NCBI GenBank assembly: GCA_000320545.1
Contig: ADNK01000862.1
Location: forward strand, 1 to 64,000
Source of the DNA: Bigelowiella natans CCMP2755
Lineage: Eukaryota > Protista > Cercozoa
DNA length: 64,000 nucleotides
Direction: 5' to 3'
Below, in pieces: positions 24,689-36,812 of this stretch. A program made the position numbers and the translations under genes. The stretch's first letter is position 1. Each line of letters begins with the position of its first letter. The notes beneath the pieces are model-generated. The model did no database searches. It saw only the letters and a program-made list of their open reading frames with translations, and was not told the origin of the DNA.

Positions 24689-25560
24689 ATACATGTCTAC
24701 ATGGCACATAGAAGCATGGTAGCCCATAAACATATGACTTAGGTTACCATGACAGACATGGTTTCCGCTACATGCAATGTGCATCAAAATAGACGCGGTG
24801 TCCGCCATGCATGCAACACAGTTATCACATATCAGACAGATTTGCATTTGTCTGTTGTGTTAGAAACTAACATCATATGCGTGTCTATATGTCTCTTGCT
24901 TGCTCTTGCATGTGCAAAGCTGAACATGTACCAGCTGTGTGCCAGAAAGCTGGTGTTGCCAGCAGTGCAGCAGCGCACGCAGTCTAGCGGTGTGGCGCTC
25001 GGTGTCACGAAACAAGGTCACAATTGATTGACACTGTTTGCTCTAATCTCGGTCATTACAATGCTAGTACAGGCTAAATGTAGCATGAAATACGACTAAC
25101 ATCACGCGGGTCTAAGACAATAGACACTAATAATACGGGACATGTACCGGATTACGAGTCTATTGTTAAGCATTGTTTTTTGAGATTGCACGTGAGAACA
25201 TTCAGAGAATGCATGTATAAATCTTGTCAACGCACGGCCACACATCTAGACAGGTACAATGGTTTTGTCACATATACATACATAGATTCACTCTTTCTGC
25301 GCATGCATCATGAGTAGATGAAAGCGAGCGTAGAACGTGGCTTCCTTTGGATTGATTTGGCTTACTTATATCTAGATCTGGTACAACGCCTCAGCTACAA
25401 CGCATCTATTCATGCACATGTACATGGGCACACATTCTAATCTGTTGAAATGTTTGTTGCATTGCGATATGACAAGCAAAAGCAATTAGTGTGGTGGACA
25501 GGCTTTTAGCTATTGTTGGGTTCCCTAAAATAGAACTGCTTTGACGTGGGGACTGATTTT

Positions 25561-27565
25561 TTAAGTGCTTTCATTTTCATTAACATCAAGACTCAATAAT
25601 AACCTCGCTTCTCCATTCCTCAGAGGTGGCGATCTGAAAAGTTTTAAGTTGTGTATAGCAACAATTATTACGGAAGTTACATGTACGCATACTACTTACA
25701 TATCTATATGTAAGGAACATCTTGCGAATCTAACAAGCCGATAACTGCGCAAATCACTAATACGAGACGATTGGAAAACCTATGCAATGCTCCGTTGCTA
25801 CTCCCCCAAGCGGCCCCTTTCAACACGAGCACGTCCGCAGCAGCTGCAGAACCTACAATATCCATCATTATTTCTGACTTAGTAAGAAGACAAATGAGGC
25901 AGCCGCTGAGAGATCTAATCACAGACAACTCTTACCAATTTCGCATCCCTGGGTCAAAGCAAGCTCGTTGTATCTAAAAAGAATACATGAGAACAAGCTC
26001 AAATACCGGCCTCCCTCTCCTCCAGTGCTACACTAATAAAAGCACCGTGAGTTGGAAAGCCTTCCAGCCACCATGTTTCTCAACGAACCTAGATAAGGCA
26101 ATTACTTTCATTATAATTACATCGTTATCACAGCTTGATGACTGTTTCCCCATGCATGCCCTTAAATTTATCCTCCCCTCCCCACACACAGAAAGTGCAC
26201 ACGCGCATAGTACTATGGGGTAGAGCACACAAACCAAATAGATCTCCTACGGGAGATTCCAGGAGTTGCTTCGGGGGAACCTGACGCCGTTAGCAATAGG
26301 TTTTGTCATTTAGTTCTATCGTTTTATCTAGTAAATCAAGTTCTGTTCACACCAGGAACCAATTCCTTGATCCTGTCTTTAGATACTCGGTTCCGGGGCC
26401 TTTACAAAGATATGCGAACACAAATGAGAAGAAGAAGAATTTAAAGACGAGAGATAGAAGACAGACTGCAGAAGCAGCGTAAGAATGAAACCGCATTGGC
26501 GACTAGGCCATCGATCCTGTAGATATGGATGTCGGCGTGAATAGAATCACCTGCATACGTCACCAAGAGCCTCGACCGTACCTTGTAAATGTGTCGTTTA
26601 CAAATCATATTACCATCATTATATAGCTCTAACCACCTTAAACCTAAACGATATGCGTTTGACAATCTTCCCCCCTCCCTCCCCATCTCAAAAATACAGA
26701 AGGGTATTTAGGATTTCCGTATTCGTCATTTCACCTTGTCCACGTGAAAACGGGGGCATCTCTGGTCACGAGTAAGGCAAAGCTAGGCACAATGCCATAA
26801 TAACGTAAATTAAATTTGTATGGCTGTATTCCTCTTAAGAACAAATTGCACCAACTTACTGTTAATTTGAGACTAGGTGCCCGGTCGTTTAGTTTTGCAA
26901 AGTCCCTAGAGGAGAAACAAATGTATAGAATAGTGCTGAAATACTCCAATTGAAAGTATAGGCAAATATGAAGCGTATGAATTTACCTGCCAAGATTTAC
27001 TATGTCGGATTTAATTGTATTCCTAAGCTCTCCCGGCGGGAGGAAGTGCAAAACCGCATCGTAGTTCTGAGCGAATGTGGCGATAGGCGTGCACCGATAA
27101 ATACCATATCAAATTAGATGAAGCATCTGGATGTTCAGTCTTTCTAGAAAATGATAGAACCTCTTCGTTGTTATCCTCGACAGAGACAGTGCAGGTCGTC
27201 GTGAAGTCTTCAATCGCTTCTATAACAGATCGAAAGTCTCTTCCCAGTTTCCCGTTCCGCTCTTCCAAATAAAACAGTGCTTCTGGATCCCCTAATGAAG
27301 AGAATCTTCCATCTACTTTCTGGACTTCATTCTGGATAGCATTTTCTCTGCTCTGAATTCCATTAGATTTGTCTCTGAGCGACGAAAGGACTCTCGTGGC
27401 TCTTCGCTCTCGTACTGGCATCAAGCTCATTCTCGAAACCTTTTTAACTATTTTCAGCTTTGCAACTCTTCCGCCTAGTCGGAATGGTGAGGAAAGATGC
27501 GATAGGATGCTCAAGGCGAGGGAGAAGAGAAGGACCAGGCGGACGGAGGAGCACGTGGCCGCCAT
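25561..27565 (-). CDS. DUF1826-family protein with bipartite signal + transit-like presequence
   Basis: CPRFHVDK/VRSRLLVTYAG/PGTEYL, DVLVLKGAAW..GALHR/SPP...RLLLSLD match the DUF1826 motif series. N-terminus MAATCSSVRLVLLFSLALSILSHLSS then R/K-rich. Confidence 0.82.
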
Positions 27566-28571
27566 AGGTCGACTTACAGACTGTGAAACACAAGGAGAAC
27601 AAGTGCTTGTCCCTTTTAGGAGAAAATTGGGTTTCTGTAGAAATGGCCTGCGTTTGTTATATAGAACATGAATTCCCTGGACTCTGCCCGGAATGTCAGG
27701 AAAAGTAAATACCCCATGAAAATGTCCCGCATTTGCGCGTTTTGGGTGATTTAGGCATGCCGAGATCTCTTGCAAATGGCTTCTCTTATTTGGGTAGAGA
27801 CGATTTTAGAACGACTTGAGGACTATTTGCCTTCAATTGAAGATGGCGGCATGCCAGAAATGTGATAATTTGATAGGTGTCACCAATCTGTTGGTGAAAC
27901 ATTTTGTTCCCCGTATGAGGTTTATGTTTGGTGTCATTTCGGAGATCTCACTCCTAATGTCCTTTATTTATACAAGGTAATTGAGGTTTGTGGATGTCGG
28001 ATCGAACAAAATTATTGTAGTTTCTCGTTTGTACTCGCGTCCCCAAAGCTGAATCCAAACACAAAACTTTGCTTGGTTTCTGACCACCACGTAGATCCTC
28101 AGACGTAGATTTTCACAAAAACTTTCGGAATCCCGGTATTCGCCAAGATAGGAATGAATATGAAGGCATTAAAACCTAGATTGATGTCCTTCATCCATTT
28201 TCTAACACACTTAATGAAAATTGCTGCATAATTCGATCTGAAGAATCAATTCTCGTAGTGTGAGCAAGGTCCAGCGCATGGATATTAGCCTCCCTCCCCA
28301 TCCTACCTCCCCCTTCCCATAGATATCGAAGCAATTTGACTTTAGTTATTCGTTTCCCACTTCCCAAATAGAGTTGGTGGTGGTAATGTGAAAGTTCCGC
28401 AGCTAGTCATGTAGCAGAGATTTCTCCATGTTCGAATTCCGAAAACGCAATGATGTTTAGACCACGGAACTTTCGATGTGAAAACATTCGACTTTTTGGA
28501 AAGCGCAAGAGCTGAGAAGAAAATTTAAGATATAAGGAAGCTCTATTTAGCTGTTCGTTTCAAGTATCCTA

Positions 28572-29545
28572 ATGATTATGACTCTGAACAGGAACTGGAT
28601 TCAACAACAAATGCAGACCTGTTTCCCACGAAAGTACGGAAGCATGCCTGGCAAGATAACCGAATCTCTGATGGATTCCTCGATTCTTACACTTTCGAAA
28701 AAGCATACAAGATTTCTTCTCGTGGCTATGGCGAGCGCGGTGAGTAGGAAATGAATGAATGCTTTGTTAAGAAGATTGTGGGTGAGAAAGTCCTTTGCAA
28801 AAGGATGGGTTTGACTACAAGGCCTATGCCTTTGTTACTTGAACTAACGAGAGCATGTTATAATTCACTCGCAGACGATGTTCATGTTCGTAATGACTTC
28901 CTCGGGCAGAGCTGCGGGTGCACAGGAAAGGGTGACCACGCAGCAGCCGGATACGATCGAGATCATTTCCTCCACCCCCAAAGCGGTAGTTTGAATCTAA
29001 GCACTTCGTCCCGCAGTAAATTTAACATATTACCCAAAAGATAAGAGAAAATAGATCACTGTAAGTTGACGTTCTTATTTCTCTGAATACTTTGCTCACA
29101 GAACATTACGACGGTGAACGTCACAGCAGCGACTGCTGCGCAGGTGTTGACCCATGCCCGTAACAACTTGCTCCAAGCCTTCGAGACTGCTAATCAAGCA
29201 CTCGAGTGGTCAAAATATGCTGTCAGTACTGCAAATATTGCTTCACACGCCACGGCCGTACAAACTGAAGAGAATGCAAAGGAAGCGCTTCATGCTGCTA
29301 ACGCGCAGATGGGCTCAACCGTTAAGCTTGGAGGCCATGATATCACTAGTGTGCAGGATGCAACCAACACCAATCCGGAGTCATACCGAAACTATCTCAA
29401 TGGGCGTGCAGATAAGTACATCACGCTGAAGGCCCAGCGCGGTGAGTGTTTTGGAATTTTTATCATCGAATTTTGTGGTGGTTCTTCGGTGAGCAGATGT
29501 AGTGATGAATCGAGATTCCTACACTTCTGATACTGCTACTACTAT

Positions 29546-29581
<36 letters not shown>

Positions 29582-30414
29582 CACTGCTACTTTTCCTTCA
29601 TGTCGAACAACTAAATCTATGTAACCTTTGGGTCGCATGCGCACGTAAGCATGCCCGCCACGGAAATGAGCTTGACAAGATGAGATTGTCGTTCTGAGCA
29701 ATTTCTTGCACCCAGGAATGGAGACGCGCTCTAGCCACGAAAAACAATACCAGGAAATTCATCATCAGCAGCAGAGAGAAGAGGAAGAGGAAGATGACGT
29801 CCACAGTAACCACTACACAAGCAAAGCTGCTGGCCATCGAATCAAGAGGCAGCATACTAAGATGGCTTCCTCCCCCTCCTCAAAATCCTCTTCAAAATAC
29901 TCTAAAACCTCCAAATCTGAAAGTCAGAGCTCTTCATCTTCTGCAACCACCGTCCCAATTGTTTCCTCTCCTCTTATTTCGCTGTTAGAGGACCTTGGCG
30001 CAGGTGAGATTGGGTATACATAGTAGTTGCAAGCTTTCATGGGGCAGTTCTTGCCTGGAATGCCGTGGCCAGTATCATGTTGTAAAACAGATAATTGTGT
30101 TTCAAATACTTGTAGGCATGCACGAGCACGTGATGAAGATCCAGAACACGCTCGATAATGCTGCAGCTGTTGTAAACACGGCTGTGGTAGAAGCCAAACA
30201 GACCTTTGCTCAGGCTGCTGCGACTGACACTTCGGTCGATTCCCTCGAGCAGGCCATTAGAAATGCACAGCAAGCTGCACAACAAGTCGTACACCAAGCC
30301 CAAGCCACTGGAAACAGCGCCACTCAACGCATTAACAACCAAGAATATCGTAGAAGGGAGCATGTACGAGAAGCAGCAGAGAAGATGACGAGAACAGCAA
30401 CAGACTCTCCCTAA
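28572..30414 (+). CDS. Uncharacterised Ala/Thr/Gln-rich helical protein with N-terminal hydrophobic (signal/anchor) segment
   Basis: Five exons splice in frame: ...HTRFLLVAMASA/TMFMFVMTSSG.../NITTVNVTAATAAQVL.../GMETRSS.../GMHEHVMKIQ...TDSP*. No recognisable family. Start could be 28572, 28644 or 28671. Confidence 0.7.
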
Positions 30415-31329
30415 GTGTCAGAGATTGATCTTCGTCTATGGTGATATGAAGAAATAAATAGAACACTATTACCACTACTACACATTACAAATCGGAATAT
30501 ACGGTCGGATGCTGCTAGGAATATGTTGCACAAACTAGCAGGGCGAGACCCTTAAACTATTAGCAAAAATGTATTATAATCAACCTCGGGAGCAAATAAG
30601 AGAGCTGCACTGAGAATTCTAATATCAAAGAAGTGATAATTAGTCCACCTCTCCTTATATTTAGCGGTATAGGTACTTACAAGTGCACTCGATTTTACTT
30701 TATTGTGAACAACTTTTATCGAGCACGCGTCTAATATGATTGAATAAACAACATATGCGTAAGATAATTTTAGAACGAATATACGCAATTTGAAATTCAT
30801 TACGATTATCGTCTTTACTCTTAACAGATAATACATTTGTGGCGTTTGCTATAATGATTATTTGCTATAATGATTATTATTATAAGTGGTTGGACGTTGC
30901 TAAGCTCGTTAGACGCATCGCAGCATACATGCATCAACGAGATGCACAGTATAATATAGCTAATGTGATAGATCTGTTAAGCGAATTGCCACACTGCGCT
31001 AGTGCAGCCGCAGCATGTAAGCATACCATATCTCACCCTTTAATAATCGTAGATGCACGGTTGTGAATGCAGCTTATGCCTATCCATGCATGTCAGATTA
31101 TTCAGTACTGAGTATAGCATGCTGCAATGCTGCGCCGCTTGTGCCCATAGCGTATCAAAACGATACATGCTAGCAGTCGCAGCCGCGAACCGAGTTTGAA
31201 TCCTTTGATTGGCATGCAAAGCATGGTTTCTTAGTATAATTAAAGTAATGAGCTAATGATTTTTACAATATAACATGCGATACTTGTACAATGTCATAGG
31301 TGCAAGGTAACTCGCGCTATATGATACTG

Positions 31330-33102
31330 CTATCTTCGTTTTTTGCCAAAGGACATTGAAAACCCAATGGCCTTTCTTTTGCCTTTTTTCATTCCAAAAC
31401 TCTTTCCTTTCTTCATTCCGAAACTCATTGCAACTTTTGTCGTTCCTTGCATGCCTGATTCCTTGCCATTATTTGTTGACGAGCCCCCGGCTTGTGGAGC
31501 ATAACGCAAAGTAGGAAATCAATTCCAATATCAGATATACGAACCCAACATGTAGATGCACCAAGACGAAAGAGAGTACATGCGATGTGTGCACATGCGT
31601 TTCTTATGCGTGTTGTCCTCTAAAAAAAAATGTACCATGGAAGAAAGGGAATTCAAAACAAAACGAGGTACCAGGCTGTTGCTGCTGTGGTTGCTGTTTA
31701 GGAACCGCAGTGCTGCTAGTCTCAGAACTCAGTGACCCTTTCTCCGCTGTATTCGCTCCTTTGTTACCCTTCTGCGCCAGTGCTTGTGCCTTCGCGATGC
31801 GTTCGGCAAAAAGCCGATCCTGGCGACTCTTCGCTGCTTTCTTCCGTGACTTTCCAGCCATCATCTAATGGAATCACATCAACACGTATAAACAAACACA
31901 TAATATCACGGCATAACTTAGCGGTCTTGAGTAGCTGATTCATATGATCGTCAGAGTTCTCTCGTTCTCTTTCTTCGGACCCACACAATATGCGTCTTAC
32001 ATATTATACCTTTCTTTGCTGGTGCTGGCGCTTCATTTCTCTGATGCGAACTCTATGATGGTGGTCGTAGCTGTTGCAATGCTCCTCATACTGCTGTATA
32101 TTTGTGTACTGCTTGTCGCAGTCCTTGCAAAGGAACACTTTCTGGATCTCCCTCACGTGCTCACGTTTCTCCTCAACCTTCATCGCCTGTTCCGTCCTGG
32201 CGAGGTTCAGTGCAAATATTTATATATGTATATATATTTACATATATATGTATATTAATATGTGTGTGTGTGTGCGTGTGTGTGTGCGCGCGCGCGCGCG
32301 TGAAGCGTGTCTGTAATGTATTTTGCTACACACCTCGCCTTAACCTCCTCCGCTGTTTCATTTTTTTCCACAAGTAGCAGTCGCCTATTCGCCGTTGCGG
32401 CTTCAGCCTGCTCCTCATACCTAAAACGTGCAGAGCGGCGTTAGTCTATGCGTTACGCCGAGTGTGAGATGTTTGTCCCTCTCGCCAAAAGTTATGAGAA
32501 ATACTTTTGAGAACCTGAAGCTGTGTTGATGAATGTAATGTATGTGTACCATCTCCGTTAAAAGGGAACATATATTCTTACAGGGTTACATACTCGCGGT
32601 CCTTCCCAATGCCAACGGACATGCCATGTTCTTGCACTTTGAGCACAACTGGCTCCGTTATCCCTTGGCTCGATTTGCCACAGCCTTGGCCCTGTGTTCA
32701 CCACATTCATCGAAGGATTCGTCAGTACTCATGCATCGAAGTATGCGTCTGAGGAACGGATATGCATGAATTTTTGTGGAAAAATATTTAACTAAGAGAT
32801 CTTATGTTAGATTCTCCTCAGACCTTAGTCCAGCCCATCTTCATGAGAAGTTGGTAGCCCTTATTCTTACTGATAGTATTGCCAAAACCATTCAATACGG
32901 ACTTCAGATTTACTCAACAAAATCTTCGCGATTCGTGGGATAGAAGGAAATATAGCGTTCCGCGCCGCGCAAACACCTTGAAATATGCGTTTTAGTCGAT
33001 ATTTCCTCCGCACCAGCGGTATTATATTCAAAGTCTTCCCTTGGCTGTGTTGCACGACACAAAGTTCATCAACGTGTGTACATGATATCAATTAAAATAA
33101 CA

Positions 33103-33159
<57 letters not shown>

Positions 33160-33601
33160 TTTCAATCACACTATCTGAAGCAAATTTATTTCGCCTACCT
33201 CCCTTCACTAACTCAATTTATTTCCCTGCACGACTCTCCTGCATCTTTTTCTTCTCTCCCCACAACATATGAATATTTTTTTTCCAATGCAGTGTGTGGT
33301 GTTGAACGATGTAACAACCCATCCCATTGGAAGCGTAAAATCCTCCATGCTCTCGATCTCTTGCTCTTGCCGCTAATGATTGGAAGCAATACATGATCAA
33401 ATGTATTTGATCACAAAAGCGCAAATGCACCACCTTACGGAAGTTCTCCGCGTTGTTTTGCTCTCCATATCTCGTTGCCAGTGCATTCAGGCCTCCAGCC
33501 ACATCTCTGAAGTTGCGGACGTAGGAAGGGGGGGCAGATATCTGATTTGAAGGCTTTGGATTTGCGGAGGATGATGAGGAAGACGAGGGGGGCTGTGACA
33601 T
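31330..33601 (-). CDS. GPATCH8: G-patch + C2H2 zinc finger protein (GPATCH8-like)
   Basis: NKGYQLLMKMGWTK/GQGCGKSSQGITEPV...GIGK (G-patch), VFLCKDCDKQYTNIQQYEEHCNSYDHHHRVRIREMK (zinc finger), C-terminus ...FSMSFGKKRR*. Confidence 0.85.
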
Positions 33602-34817
33602 CTTTCTGTTCCACGCTTCGGTGGGGGAACCACGAGCGGATCAAATTCGGAGATCATAAACTTATATGCGACTAACATATTTCTATGTCTCTTCCTATAA
33701 TCGCCATAAGTTTCTTTGGGGAAATATGTGTTATTTGAAGTTCACCCTGCACCGCTCACTAGATCTAGATACACTTATCCCGGGAAACATCCACGATTAT
33801 TGTTATAATCCTCATCGCCAGGCGCATACAGATATAGCAGTTGCACTATCAGATGATACGATCGTAGCCCAAGAACATGCAAGCAATTCTTTCCGAAGGA
33901 TTGATTGTTGGAAATGCTGTGAGGTGTAGGACATTTATCACAAGAGACTGCAGAACAGAGAGAAAAACACATGTGTTTTGAGTGATGACGCCTCACAAAC
34001 CAAGTACCGGTAGCGTCCTTCATTGGAAGAAAATCACAGAATCCCGAGGAATCACACAAAAATGCCCTGAGATTTCCTAGCATTTCCTCCTTTTCTTGGA
34101 CATTCGCTGGATTCTTTTTCTCGGAAAGGTCGCCGAGGAGAAGCCTCTTACTTGACCACTACCTGATCACTTTTTACACTGCAGACATCCTGGCCGATGT
34201 CTATTTGTCGTAGATCTTAATATCAACGTTTGAATATTGATTAACAATGAAAACAGGATGTAATTGTATATAGAAACATGCATATTCACGGAAAACTTGT
34301 CATAATGGACCTCAATCCTCCTCAGCTTCGGTCGAGCCTGGCCGGAACACAGGAGCTTACGTCTGAAAATCCTCCCGACGTGGCTCTTTCCTTCCTCGCC
34401 CCCTTCTTTCTTCTTCCTGTTCATCCCATGCTGAAGGGTTGCTGAGGGTCAACCCGTAGTGTGGTAAGTTCAGACAGCAGGGCGAAAGGGGCAGAGCCCT
34501 CACTCCAACTCATAGCCGCATCGAGCGCGCTTGGGGGAAAAGAACTCGCTTGCAGGAAAAAACAACGTGAACACAAGGTACTCTTGCTGATAAACCAAAA
34601 TCACTTTAGAGGAAATCATAGGATTTCACGAGAGTACAAAAACTAAAGTGGCTGAATTGCAGTCCAATAAGTGTCGAATGCATATATTTCGTCTTGTTCC
34701 TTTTGTTCCGGTTGACTATATGGGAAGCTTCGTTGCTGCCACCGGATGATGAGGAACAAAGCAAAGAATCTGTTATTCTTCTCATCATAACCATTGAATT
34801 ACCCACCTGTGTTCAGG

Positions 34818-36716
34818 ATGTCATTCAACCCCCTCCGGAGATTTTACACCTTCGTTCTCAAGAAGCTCATTGGGGACTATCTACAGGATGAGTTACACCA
34901 TAGCAAAGTTGAAGTTCAGCTATCGAACGGAATATTAGAGCTGACAGATATACAGCTGGACGTGGAGGTAATAACTCAATATGTACTATTCAACTAGCTT
35001 TCACATTGAATCTATCGTTGCTTGACATCAAAACTGGTCTCCTCCTTTAAGGCTCTCAATGAAACGATCAGTGGCCTCCCGTTTGAAGTCGTGCAAGCGA
35101 AGGTAGGATTGATACATGCGGAAATCCCATGGCACAGTCTATCTACAAAGAATTGCAAAATCATCCTCAAGGTACCTTTAATCCCCATCTCAATGATCAT
35201 TCCGTTCGCTAAGTATATTCTTTCCTCCCGTCCCCCTTCGAAGCAACTTGAGGTGATTGTGAAGCCGCTTAAGGAGGCGGATGCAGAGAGCCAATGTCTA
35301 TCCAAATCCTTCCTTGCAGAGGTTGACCATTTGCCCCCTTTGGTTAAAATGAAGTTGTTGATGTGGGTTTATGCGGTGAAGATGATCATGATGATTATGG
35401 TGATTGTATGGTGATTGTATGGGATGTGATGAAACCTGACAATCTGGATCAAAACCGCAGGCATCGAAGATTGCATTAGAAGAAGACGATACTATAAGTT
35501 TCGTGAAGAAGCATGTCAGAGCCAAGTCGGCAGCTGCTGAGCCAATACGTTCTGGTAACGTAGAGGAAGAGGATTCAGGAGCTGTGCATGGAATGCAGGT
35601 TGAGTCGTAGCGCGTTCTTTCCAGTGTTCTATAATTGCCTTCTTTCTACTTAATGCGGCCCTTCTCCTTCCCACCGCTTGTAGATATAATCAACATCTCC
35701 CTCCCGCACCCTTCCTCTCCCTTCCTATGCTTAGGTCATCGGTGCGCGCCTCCGACAGGTTCTGGAGAAGACAGAGTTCGAAATAGAAGGCTGCTCATTC
35801 GCGTTTCACTTCCCACAAGACGATGCCGATGGGCCTGAGCATGACGACTACAAGCAAAGTACTACTCGGGGTACATCCCACCCGACAAGCATCGGCACCA
35901 GCACGGCAGCGGTCATTGTGCGCTTCAAGCGAGGTGAATACGTCAATACGGCCGCGACGACTAATCATGATGAAAAGGAGCCGGACATGAGCAGTAGTGG
36001 CGACAACAGCGCACGTGTTCGCTCTCCCCATCACACGAAGGAGATCCGGCTTGCAGGACTGCAGGTGGACGTGACGAACGATATCCACTTGGAAAGGCCG
36101 ATTTCAGTCGCACATGGTGAGGTTGACAAATACTGCGTCTTCGGACTCACACCGCCCCCTATTGCTCCGGAAGAGGGGAATGAGGAGAAGGTATATATGT
36201 AAGTATCTTTTTTGCTTCTTCGCAAGTGGTGAAGGTGCACATATTCATGGAGGTAACGAAGATAATGATGATGTCCCACACGTAGGTATGGGATCGCAAG
36301 CTACATATTAAAGGTTCGGTGCCACCGCTGCGTGCACTTCTAGGGGGCCGCCAGACGGCGCTCTTGATTTCCGCTTTAAAGCAAATGGGCACCTCTTCTC
36401 GCATCCTCCAGACAGCGATGCGAAAACTCAGAGAAGAGGAAGAAGAGAAAAATAAGTACAAGCAAAGCTACCTGCAGCACGCCACAAACACCATTCCAGC
36501 TGCTGGTGCTGGACAAACTGGCACAGCAACGATGATGACGGCAACCAATGATGGGATTTCGACCGCGGCAGGAGCTGTTGCTACGGCTGGTGCACTTGCT
36601 ACTACTTTTGATGGAGGGGCTACTAGCAAGTACTACTATTTTACTTTCTGCTACTACTACTATACTACTATCAAAATTACTGAAAATAGATCAGCAGGGA
36701 ACTTGGCAGTACGATA

Positions 36717-36770
<54 letters not shown>

Positions 36771-36772
36771 TA

Positions 36773-36812
<40 letters not shown>

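Noticed and set aside
33700-34800. Possible extra small gene between GPATCH8-like and ATG2
   Set aside because: Only short ORFs without motifs. More likely 5'UTR exons and the shared promoter.
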